The notes under the pieces were generated by a model. The model did no database searches. It saw only the letters and a program-made list of their open reading frames with translations, and was not told the origin of the DNA. Positions 43,631-51,860 of a stretch of 64,000 nucleotides of DNA are shown one piece after another (within the stretch, counting starts at the first letter, position 1; the number at the start of each line of letters is the position of its first letter). The stretch spans positions 5,821-69,820 of the forward strand of contig JBHEKR010000341.1 of assembly GCA_041859365.1 (NCBI GenBank). Direction: 5' to 3'. The position numbers and the translations under genes are program-made. The DNA is from Candidatus Hydrogenedentales bacterium (GTDB lineage: Bacteria; Hydrogenedentota; Hydrogenedentia; Hydrogenedentales; JAEUWI01).

Positions 43631-44640
43631 GTCGATTGCCGCCTCCGCTCGCCCAGCAGCGTCTCCGCGCACAGGAGCAGGAAACCCGTCGCCAGGAAGA
43701 TCTGAAATTTCTCGTCATACAGCGTAATTCGGGAGTCGTCCAGGGCCTTCTTCCTTGCGCTGGCCACGAACTCCTGGTAAATCGCATTCAGGTCGAAGTC
43801 GCCCGTGGCCACGTTCAAGTACTTTCCATCGGGCGTGGCGGCCGCGACTTCACGCAGTGTTCCGGCGTCCAGCCGGGTCCACACTTCTTTGCCGTCGTAG
43901 GTCAGGAAGGACTTTTGGCCATTGGAATCGGTCACGGGGATGCGCTGGCCCTGACGTTCATCCCCGAGGCCGATGGCGATGATTCGTATACCCGCATCGC
44001 CAACCTGTTTGGCCGCCTCCAGGGGAAAACTCTCCTGATCGTCGCCATCCGTAATGAGGACGATGTCGCGAAACTCTTTTTCCTGTTCGTCAAAAACCTC
44101 CGTCAGCGCCTTGCGCAGCGCATCGCCAATGAGCGTGCCGCCGCGTGAAATATCGTTTGGGCCGATATCCTCCAGCATCATGCGAAAGAAGCCGTAGTCC
44201 AAAGTTAGGGGGCACTTGACCACAGCGGTGCCCGCGAAGGCGATCAGGCCGACCCGGTCACCGTTCAGGCCCTCCAGACAGTCGCGTATGGCGAGCTTGG
44301 CCCGCTCCAGGCGATTGGGGGCCAGGTCTTCGGCGAGCATGCTCCTGGAGACGTCCACGATGAAGACCACATCGCGTCCCTCGCGGTTTACGATCTGGGG
44401 TTGGGGATTCCAAGCGGGCCGGGCGAGCACCGCAACGATGAAGACCACAGCCGCGAGGAGCAGGGCCTGCTTCCAGCGCCGCTTGCCAGCGTGAAGCTGG
44501 TTGTTCAATTGTTGGAGCAATGGATTCGCGGCGAATTGCTCCAGCGCCGCGCGGCGACGCCACGCGCCGTAACCCAGCAAGGCGACCATGGCCGGCAGCA
44601 GCCACAACAGGTGAAGCATCTCCACGTGATACAACTTCAT
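43627..44640 (-). CDS. BatB-like von Willebrand factor A domain membrane protein
   Basis: N-terminal TM, MIDAS DVVFIVDVSRSM, LITDGDD. ATGA overlap with batA. Confidence 0.85.
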   Translation of the reverse strand: MKLYHVEMLHLLWLLPAMVALLGYGAWRRRAALEQFAANPLLQQLNNQLHAGKRRWKQALLLAAVVFIVAVLARPAWNPQPQIVNREGRDVVFIVDVSRSMLAEDLAPNRLERAKLAIRDCLEGLNGDRVGLIAFAGTAVVKCPLTLDYGFFRMMLEDIGPNDISRGGTLIGDALRKALTEVFDEQEKEFRDIVLITDGDDQESFPLEAAKQVGDAGIRIIAIGLGDERQGQRIPVTDSNGQKSFLTYDGKEVWTRLDAGTLREVAAATPDGKYLNVATGDFDLNAIYQEFVASARKKALDDSRITLYDEKFQIFLATGFLLLCAETLLGERRRQST

Positions 44641-45695
44641 GGGTGCCTCCGAAGCCAGGTGTTGCGCAGTACGAGTTCGGCGACCAGCAGCAAAAGCGCA
44701 GAGAGTGCAAAGGGCAGAAAGCGCTCCTTGTAGTCGAGATAGCGCAACGATTCGATCTCGCTCGTTTCCAAACGCCCAATCTCTTCATAGATCTCGCGAA
44801 GGGCCTCGGCCGAGTCCGCTCGTTGATAGATCCCGCCGGTCATCGCGGCGAGCTTTTCGAGCGATTCATCGTTTAATGCGCGCTCGCCGGGCATGAGAAA
44901 GCCCCCCAAAAGGCCTTGCCCTTGCGTCAGGGCGGGATCGCTCCCGATACCGATGGTGTAGATTTTGATACCCCATTCCTTCGCCAATTGCGCCGCGTCT
45001 TCCGGAGTCTGGGTGCCCCGGTTGCTCTGGCCATCGGTCAGCAGAATAATGATCTTGCTCTTGATCTCGTAGCTCTTTCCCAGCTTGGCATTGACCTTGA
45101 TCTGCGCTTCTTCCGCGGTCTTGAGCCGGGCCGCGGCCAGCGCGATCGCGTCGCCGATGGCCGTGCCGTCTTCGCGCTTGTCCTGGGGCATCTCCACCTT
45201 CTCCACGAGCGATACGAGTGCATCGTGACCCAGCGTGAGGGGCGCGATAGTGTCCGCGTAGCCCGCGAAGACCACGAGGCCGATGAGGTCATTGGGACGC
45301 CCGTCAAGCGTGTCGTTGTTGCCCATGACAAACTCATTGAAGACGCGTTTCACCACTTCGAGGCGGTTCATGATCTGGCCATCGAAGGCCATTTCTTCCC
45401 GCATGCTGCTTGAGCGGTCCAACACCATTTCAATGGCGACACCCTTGCTCATATCGCGCACCCGCTCCTGACCCTGTTGTGGGCGGGCGAGGGCGACAAT
45501 GAGGAGGAATAGAGCAAGAAATCGGGTGGCGGGCAACAACGCTTGACAGCGAACGCGCAGGGAAGCGCCGACCCCCGCCGCCATGGCGGTATCAGAGAAG
45601 CGCAAGGCGGCCTGCCGGTTGCGGTAGTGGCTGAAGTAATAGAGGGGCGGCAACGCCAGCAGCAAGAGAAAAGCGAGGGGAGAATCAAAGTGCAC
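44637..45695 (-). CDS. BatA-like von Willebrand factor A domain membrane protein
   Basis: GTG 45695 with GGAGG 8 nt upstream. N-terminal and C-terminal TM helices. VAIEMVLDRSSSM, ILLTDGQSN. Confidence 0.85.
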   Translation of the reverse strand: MHFDSPLAFLLLLALPPLYYFSHYRNRQAALRFSDTAMAAGVGASLRVRCQALLPATRFLALFLLIVALARPQQGQERVRDMSKGVAIEMVLDRSSSMREEMAFDGQIMNRLEVVKRVFNEFVMGNNDTLDGRPNDLIGLVVFAGYADTIAPLTLGHDALVSLVEKVEMPQDKREDGTAIGDAIALAAARLKTAEEAQIKVNAKLGKSYEIKSKIIILLTDGQSNRGTQTPEDAAQLAKEWGIKIYTIGIGSDPALTQGQGLLGGFLMPGERALNDESLEKLAAMTGGIYQRADSAEALREIYEEIGRLETSEIESLRYLDYKERFLPFALSALLLLVAELVLRNTWLRRHP

Positions 45696-45698
45696 GGA

Positions 45699-46832
45699 TT
45701 AGACCTCCGCCGAGACAGTGGCCTGGGCCGCCGCTTTAGTTGCCGCGCGGTGAGCGGCTTCAGAATCAACAATGAACTTCTCGCAGGTCTGGAAGGTCTC
45801 CCGGATTTCTTCGGAGCTGGGTTCCGCCTTGGCGAACTTCACAAGATCACAGTGGCGCAAAAAAGCGCGGAGCAGGAGCTGTTCCTGAAGTCCGAGCACG
45901 GCATTGTGCTGAATCTCGGCCAGGAACTCCTCGGTAGTCCGCTCCGGAGCGCGGAGTTGGAACTGATCCTCCATGTAATGGCGCAGCACATCCGACACAC
46001 GAATGTAGTACTCTTTATACATTCCCTTTTCCACGAGCTTTTCACGCTGGATCGCTTCGAGGGCCTCCAGCGCGCGCACGTGAGGCGGTATCGGCGGCGG
46101 AGGCGGTGGGCCGGGCACGACCCGGATGAAGTTGTACCAGTAAGCGACGCCCGCGACCGAAGCCAGCAGCAGGAACAACGCGCCGTAAAGCGCCCATGGC
46201 ACGGGATTCTCCAGGGATACCGGCCCCGCTATTTCCATTACCGCGGGCGTCTCGCCCGTGGCGATGACGGAGATAACCTTGACGGTAAGGGGCTCCGTGT
46301 CCGTCGTGCTCTTCTGGTCCTCGCCTTCCACTTCCTTCCAGAATGCAACGGAGAGCGAGGGGACCGTGTACGCGCCGTCGAGGAAAGGTTCGAGTCGATA
46401 GGTCCGGCTCCGGGTAACTTTGCCGTCTTCGCCGAGTACGGGCGCGGCATCTTCGTAGCCCGCCAGGGTAAACTCCGCAATTACCGCGGATTGCGGCGCT
46501 AACGGTGTCGCGGGTTCGGGCTCGGGCTTCGCAGGCTCGGGATACGTTGGAAATTCAACCGAGTACCCGTCTTCGGTGGTCGCGGAGAGGGTGAGGACCA
46601 ATGTCTCCGCCGTCGTGATAGACTCCGCGGAGGTCGTGAGCGTGAGCGTCATGGGGCCGCGATCCAGGACCTTTTCCACGCCTTTCGGAGCTTCGGGCGC
46701 CTTTTCGGCCGCGCCGCCACAGCCGACCAGGCTCCGTGCGGAAAGGACCGTCAATAAGACGACCGTCACCGCGCCGACAGTCAATTGTCGTCTTGAACAA
46801 ACTCGAATCATGGATACAACCGCGGCCTTCAT
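45699..46832 (-). CDS. Lipoprotein with an N-terminal Ig-like region and a C-terminal DUF4381-like domain (Bat operon member)
   Basis: ATGA overlap with the DUF58 gene. Lipobox SLVGC. TM WALYGALFLLLASVAGVAYWY. PGPPPPPPIPP. C-terminal HVRALEALEAIQREKL...FLRHCDLVKFAKAEPS is typical of DUF4381. Confidence 0.65.
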   Translation of the reverse strand: MKAAVVSMIRVCSRRQLTVGAVTVVLLTVLSARSLVGCGGAAEKAPEAPKGVEKVLDRGPMTLTLTTSAESITTAETLVLTLSATTEDGYSVEFPTYPEPAKPEPEPATPLAPQSAVIAEFTLAGYEDAAPVLGEDGKVTRSRTYRLEPFLDGAYTVPSLSVAFWKEVEGEDQKSTTDTEPLTVKVISVIATGETPAVMEIAGPVSLENPVPWALYGALFLLLASVAGVAYWYNFIRVVPGPPPPPPIPPHVRALEALEAIQREKLVEKGMYKEYYIRVSDVLRHYMEDQFQLRAPERTTEEFLAEIQHNAVLGLQEQLLLRAFLRHCDLVKFAKAEPSSEEIRETFQTCEKFIVDSEAAHRAATKAAAQATVSAEV

Positions 46833-47707
46833 CGTTTCTGGCGCTCCCGGCGCTTGAAGAAGCGAATCAGGTCGAGGAGATAGTCGTGGGAAGTGCCGAC
46901 CTCGATCAGATCGATATCCATGGAGCGAAGGCTGTCGCGCAGGCCCTCGGCGCGCGCCCGGCCCGCCGCCGCATACTGCTTGCGCACGGCGGCGCTGCCC
47001 GTGTCGATGGTGACTGTCGCGCCCGTTTCGGCATCCTGTAGATCGAGGAGACCCACATCGGGCAATTCATACTCGCGTGGATCATTCACCGACAGGGCAA
47101 TGAGATCATGGCGGCGACTGAGGATGCGCAGGGTGCGATCATAGTCCTGATCAAAAAAATCGCTGATGAGGAAGACGATGCTGCGCCGATTAAGGATGCG
47201 CGCGGCAAAATCGAGTCCGGCGCGGATCCGCGTGCCTTTCTTCTTCGGCTCGAAGGAGAGGAGCTCGCTGATGAGGCGGAGTACGTGGGTCGTTCCTTTG
47301 GCGGGCGGTATGAACAGCTCCACCTCTTCCGTGAAGACCACGAGCCCCACCTTGTCGTTGTTCTTGATGGCGGAAAAGGCCAGCAGGGCGCAAAGCTCCG
47401 TGGCCACTTCGCTTTTCATATTCTTTACGCTGCCGAAGCGACCCGAGGCGGACAAGTCCACGAGAAAAAGCAGGGTCAGCTCCCGCTCTTCCCGAAAACG
47501 CTTCACGTAGGGGTGTCCTGTACGCGCGGTCACATTCCAGTCGATGGTGCGGATCTCGTCGCCGGGCTGGTACTCGCGCACCTCGTCGAATTCCATGCCC
47601 TGGCCCTTGAACACGCTGTGGTATTCGCCCGCCAGCACATCATTGACCGCTTTGTTGGTCATGATCTGGATGTAGCGAACTTTTTTGGCGAGTTCTTTGG
47701 AGATCAT
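46829..47707 (-). CDS. DUF58 domain protein (MoxR-associated, VWA-like)
   Basis: GEYHSVFKGQGMEFDEVREYQPGDEIRTIDWNVTAR, FLVDLSASG. Confidence 0.9.
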   Translation of the reverse strand: MISKELAKKVRYIQIMTNKAVNDVLAGEYHSVFKGQGMEFDEVREYQPGDEIRTIDWNVTARTGHPYVKRFREERELTLLFLVDLSASGRFGSVKNMKSEVATELCALLAFSAIKNNDKVGLVVFTEEVELFIPPAKGTTHVLRLISELLSFEPKKKGTRIRAGLDFAARILNRRSIVFLISDFFDQDYDRTLRILSRRHDLIALSVNDPREYELPDVGLLDLQDAETGATVTIDTGSAAVRKQYAAAGRARAEGLRDSLRSMDIDLIEVGTSHDYLLDLIRFFKRRERQKR

Positions 47708-47735
47708 CGTGGTATACCCGGTGGCTCAGGGATAA

Positions 47736-48725
47736 TCAGGGCACTTCAACCGTGTCGAGAATCTGGCCGACCAGATCCTCAGGCGTCTTTTCGTCGGCCT
47801 CGGCTTCGTAGGTGGGGATGACGCGATGACGCAGCACGTCCAGCGCGATACTCTTCACGTCCTGGGGCGTCACGTAACCCCGGCCCTGCAGGAGGGCCTG
47901 GGCGCGGGAAGCCATGGCCAGGAAAATCGTGGCGCGGGGAGAAGCGCCGTAGCGGATGTACTCGCCGATGTTGAGCTGATAGGCATCGGGATTGCGCGTG
48001 CACTCCACGAGATTGACGATGTACTCTTCGAGCTTCTCGTCCATATAGATGTCTTCGGCCAGGAGGCGGAGCCGTGCGATATCCTCGGGTGTCAGCACGC
48101 CGTTCGCGGAGACTTTGCCCGAGGCGCGGGACTGCGAGCGGAGGATCTGGAGCTCTTCGGCTTTCGTGGGATAGTTGATCTTCAGCTTGAGCATGAAGCG
48201 GTCCACCTGGGCCTCGGGCAGGGGGTAGGTGCCCTCCTGCTCCACAGGGTTCTGCGTGGCCAGCACGAAAAAGGGGTCCGCCAGCTTGTAGCTCGCGTCG
48301 CCGATGGTTACCTGCTGCTCCTGCATCGCTTCGAGCAGGGCGCTCTGCACTTTGGCGGGGGCGCGATTAATTTCATCCGCCAGAATTACATTGGCGAAGA
48401 TAGGGCCCTTGCGCGTTACGAAGCCGCCGTCTTTGGGATTGTAGATGAGCGTGCCGATAAGGTCCGCCGGGAGCAGGTCGGGCGTGAACTGAATGCGGTT
48501 AAAGCTGCACTGGACGACCTGGGCCAGGGTGGTGACGGAAAGCGTCTTGGCAAGTCCGGGGACGCCCTCAATCAGCACGTGATTGTTGCACAGCAACGCC
48601 AGAAGCAGGCGGTCGATGAGGTAGTCCTGGCCCACAATCACTTTCTTGATTTCGGATCGTACCTGCTGGAGGAGGGCCGCTTCCTGGCCGACGCGCGCGC
48701 TGATCTGGTTGACATCCACCGCCAT
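47736..48725 (-). CDS. moxR: MoxR-family AAA+ ATPase
   Basis: AAGGAG RBS. IVGQDYLIDRLLLALLCNNHVLIEGVPGLAKT (Walker A), ILADEINRAPAKVQSALLEAMQE (Walker B / sensor). Confidence 0.95.
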   Translation of the reverse strand: MAVDVNQISARVGQEAALLQQVRSEIKKVIVGQDYLIDRLLLALLCNNHVLIEGVPGLAKTLSVTTLAQVVQCSFNRIQFTPDLLPADLIGTLIYNPKDGGFVTRKGPIFANVILADEINRAPAKVQSALLEAMQEQQVTIGDASYKLADPFFVLATQNPVEQEGTYPLPEAQVDRFMLKLKINYPTKAEELQILRSQSRASGKVSANGVLTPEDIARLRLLAEDIYMDEKLEEYIVNLVECTRNPDAYQLNIGEYIRYGASPRATIFLAMASRAQALLQGRGYVTPQDVKSIALDVLRHRVIPTYEAEADEKTPEDLVGQILDTVEVP

Positions 48726-48811
48726 TATATCGGGTCTCCTTGGTTCAAACAGGGGAATTCATGCTGACTTGGTATTTTCCACGGCGGCGCAGGGCTCGCC
48801 TGGGGAGGAAA

Positions 48812-48828
48812 AGCAATATGCGTGCCAG
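48812..48828 (-). promoter_or_regulatory. Sigma54 (-24/-12) promoter of the moxR/Bat operon
   Basis: Minus strand CTGGCACGCATATTGCT is an exact match to TGGCACG-N4-TTGCW. TTGC lies 87 nt upstream of ATG 48725. Confidence 0.6.
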
Positions 48829-49002
48829 TTGGCATCTGGCGTAAATGGCTTGTTTTAAAGCAGGTTAGGGGTCTTGAGTGACCACAAAATGCCTCATTTC
48901 ACCCATTCACTCCCGATATGAGGCACGCCGAGGGCCTACAGTACCTTGTGGCGGGGGGGCGAGGCAAGATGGAGCGCGGGTGGCGGCGAGGCGGGCAGCG
49001 GA

Positions 49003-49344
49003 TTAACTTTCCAACCTGGACGGATACTGGCGGGCATACTTTTCCCGGAGCCGGATTTTTTCCGTCTCCCGGTCGTACACCGCCACGGCGAGGGCCCACG
49101 CACGGTCTTGCATCGTATCCTGCTCCATGGCCTGCTGATAGATCGTCTCGCCGATGTCGAGGATGTAGAGCGCCGAAAGCAGTTTCTCCGGCTTGTTGCG
49201 GAGCAAGTCGAGAATTCGTTCGGATAGGGCTTCGAGGAGCATCTGGCGGTTGAGATCGTAAGGAGACACGCCGCCGAGCTCGACTTGCCAGTTCTCCTGC
49301 AGCGCGCGGCAGGCGGACTGTATCAGCGATGCATCCACGATCAA
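49003..49344 (-). CDS. Small conserved-looking hypothetical protein (about 110 aa)
   Basis: The ORF overlaps the kinase stop (TTGA). Only TTG (49344) or GTG (49338) starts are available near the 5' end. Helical, non-biased composition (LLSALYILDIGETIYQQAM). Confidence 0.4.
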   Translation of the reverse strand: MIVDASLIQSACRALQENWQVELGGVSPYDLNRQMLLEALSERILDLLRNKPEKLLSALYILDIGETIYQQAMEQDTMQDRAWALAVAVYDRETEKIRLREKYARQYPSRLES

Positions 49345-51353
49345 TTGCTCCGCTTGCCGTGCTGTGTTTCCCGCATCCAGAACCAGTAGTCGTCCCGCTC
49401 CAGATGCTTTTCCAGTCGACTTGGGTAACCGAGAAAGGTGGCGAAGCGGGCGTAGGCCGCCGCTGTTTCAGGTTCAATTCCCTGATCCAGGGTGGCGAGC
49501 TCGCCCAACGTAAAGGACAGCCAGGCCATGTCGGGCGCGAAATCCGGATAACCGCTGATATCCGGCCAGATGGCATGTCCCACATCTTCCAGAGGCAGGG
49601 TATCCATTCCGGGAACCAGGGCATCGAGCACCATTTCCAGGGTCAGATGATCGTCGGGCCGGCTCCAACCGACCACATCGTCGTAACGGATGGCCGCGAC
49701 TTTCCGCTGGAGTTCCTCCAGGATCGCGTCCTGCATGGTGTGCAGCAATACCCGTAATTCTTCGCGCTGGCCGCTGGCCCGGAGCACCTCGGCGCGCAGC
49801 AGACGCGTCCGGAACGAATCGGGAAATCCTTGAAGGATGGCGAGCGCCTCGTCGTACCGCTCGTTTCCGATGGCGACGCGGACAACGGGCTCCAGCACTT
49901 GATCCAGAGCACCCGGCGACTGGCGGAGATAGGCCTGCAGGACCACATCGGCTCGGGCATGGTGCCCCTGTCTGATCCAGAGCTCGGTCAGGCGCCGCAC
50001 GGCTTCATAGCCCGCGGCGTGATCCTTGAGCGCGAAGGCCTTGCTGAGCTGGTGTTCCTCTTCCTGGGGGTCGTCAACGCAGTGAAAATAGGACGCCAGG
50101 GCGAGGTGAAAAGCGTAGGGGCTTTGCTCCTGGCCTTCACGTAACTTGCGCATGTGGATGGCCTGATCGTAGCCCTCCAACAAAGTAATGGAGCGAAGCT
50201 GGGCCGCAATCTCCGCCGGCGAGGGCCGGTTGAATTCAGACGACCGGGGCATGATGTCCAGCGAATCCATGATGCTTAGAATGGCCACGCAAAGGTCCTC
50301 GTAACTCTCCCACCGATCGCGCGGATGCTTGGCAAGGCAGCGGCGGACGAGCGCGTCGATGGCGGCGGGAAACGTGGGTCCAAGCGCTTCGCGAAGAGAT
50401 TCGGGCGTTTCGTTGAGATGCATCCGCTTCATTTCGAGGAGGCGGCCGGCGGATCCATCGCCCTGGACAATGAAGGGAGGGAGCCCGGTGAGGCACTCAA
50501 ATATGCAACAGCCGAGGGCATAGATATCCGCCCGAAAATCGACTTCGTTGGTCCGTGCAAATTGCTCGGGCGCCATGTAGGCCGGTGTGCCGAAGATGGA
50601 GCCCACCCGGGTAATGTTTCCCGAGAAGTCTTCAAAGACCTCCGACCGGGCCCACTGCTCCAGGCTGTCCTCTTCCATACCCCGGGTGCGTACCAGCCCG
50701 AAGTCCGTTATCTTGATGGTGCCATCGGGGGTGAGGAGCAGGTTCTCCGGTTTCACATCGCGATGAACGAGGCCGGGCACGGCACGGGTGGCGTGGAGCA
50801 TGCCAAGGCAAAACTGGTAGGCGACATCGAGGGTCTCCACGATTGAAAGGGGCCCGTGATTCAGGCGCTGGGACAGGGAATGAATGCCCTTTTCATCCGA
50901 AGGCACCCACTCCATGAACAGACAGGGGGCCGCCTCGATAATCTCCAGTTTCCGGGCGCAGACGATATTGGGATGGGAGCCCACGAGCATCCAGGTTCGG
51001 GTCTCGCGCACGAATCGCTGGAGCAGGTGCAGTTCGGTGCGAAAGCGGCGCTGGAGCGTCTTGACCGCGCTGCGGTTGCCGTGGTCATCCTCCACAATGA
51101 AGACGATGCCCATGCCGCTGGCCCCCTTGCCGCCCCGAATCTCTTTAATCTCATAGCGGTCATCGAGTCGGTAGCCTATGTACCAGGCCTCACTCATCTC
51201 TTCGACGAGCGGCTCGCCCGCGATCATGGTGGAGGCATAGGCGAAAGCCCCCTTCAGCACGTGGGTCTTCTCGTCGTGGGCCACAACGGAATCGAGCAGG
51301 TCGGGCCGGGAATGGGGCGGCGGGCCCTGACTGAAGTTTTCGTCTTCTTCCAT
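49341..51353 (-). CDS. Hanks-type Ser/Thr protein kinase with a C-terminal helical/TPR-like repeat region
   Basis: VAIK-type Lys context SAVKTL, catalytic loop HRDVKPENLL, ITDFGL, GTPAYMAPEQ. No TM segment seen. Confidence 0.9.
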   Translation of the reverse strand: MEEDENFSQGPPPHSRPDLLDSVVAHDEKTHVLKGAFAYASTMIAGEPLVEEMSEAWYIGYRLDDRYEIKEIRGGKGASGMGIVFIVEDDHGNRSAVKTLQRRFRTELHLLQRFVRETRTWMLVGSHPNIVCARKLEIIEAAPCLFMEWVPSDEKGIHSLSQRLNHGPLSIVETLDVAYQFCLGMLHATRAVPGLVHRDVKPENLLLTPDGTIKITDFGLVRTRGMEEDSLEQWARSEVFEDFSGNITRVGSIFGTPAYMAPEQFARTNEVDFRADIYALGCCIFECLTGLPPFIVQGDGSAGRLLEMKRMHLNETPESLREALGPTFPAAIDALVRRCLAKHPRDRWESYEDLCVAILSIMDSLDIMPRSSEFNRPSPAEIAAQLRSITLLEGYDQAIHMRKLREGQEQSPYAFHLALASYFHCVDDPQEEEHQLSKAFALKDHAAGYEAVRRLTELWIRQGHHARADVVLQAYLRQSPGALDQVLEPVVRVAIGNERYDEALAILQGFPDSFRTRLLRAEVLRASGQREELRVLLHTMQDAILEELQRKVAAIRYDDVVGWSRPDDHLTLEMVLDALVPGMDTLPLEDVGHAIWPDISGYPDFAPDMAWLSFTLGELATLDQGIEPETAAAYARFATFLGYPSRLEKHLERDDYWFWMRETQHGKRSN

Positions 51354-51364
51354 GGGGTGCCCGA

Positions 51365-51709
51365 CTAGTTGGCGCCTTCAAATTCACGGCGTGCGGACTC
51401 AAGGCTGTCGTGCACGTCAAACATGACGGAGAAATTGCTCACTTCGAATACTTCGGCCACAAAGGGGCTGAGGTTGCAGAGCTTGAGAACGCGCTGCTGA
51501 TTCTTCATGGCCTTCATCAACATAAGAAGGACGCGCAAGCCGCTGCTGCTGACATACTCCACGCCGTCCATGTCCACGATAAGCCCCCCGGTCTCGTTGT
51601 TGAGGATGCCCGTGAAGGCCTGCTCCACTTCCGTGGTGGCCAGTTCGTCCAGCCGCCCCAGGAGAGAGAGGATCGTGGCCCCGGCGGTGCTCTGTTGGGA
51701 AATCTGCAT
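51365..51709 (-). CDS. STAS-domain protein (anti-sigma-factor antagonist, SpoIIAA/RsbV-like)
   Basis: 114 aa. LSLLGRLDELATTEVEQAF...LIVDMDGVEYVSSSGLRVLL, with the phosphorylatable Ser context retained. Confidence 0.9.
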   Translation of the reverse strand: MQISQQSTAGATILSLLGRLDELATTEVEQAFTGILNNETGGLIVDMDGVEYVSSSGLRVLLMLMKAMKNQQRVLKLCNLSPFVAEVFEVSNFSVMFDVHDSLESARREFEGAN

Positions 51710-51860
51710 GGCGTGTCGTTATCCCGTGGAATTGCTGCTTCCTTTAACCACAGTGTAGCGGATTATTGCCCGTGCGGACCAGTTTCATCGCTTGAAAGTG
51801 TCGCGGGCGATGCCGCACCATGGGTGGGTAAAGGCGCTCTGGCCTTCAGGGAGAAATGAC

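Noticed and set aside
47736-48725. MoxR ATPase as the sigma54 enhancer-binding activator of its own promoter
   Set aside because: It has MoxR-type AAA_3 motifs only. It has no GAFTGA loop, no C-terminal HTH and no receiver or sensor domain.
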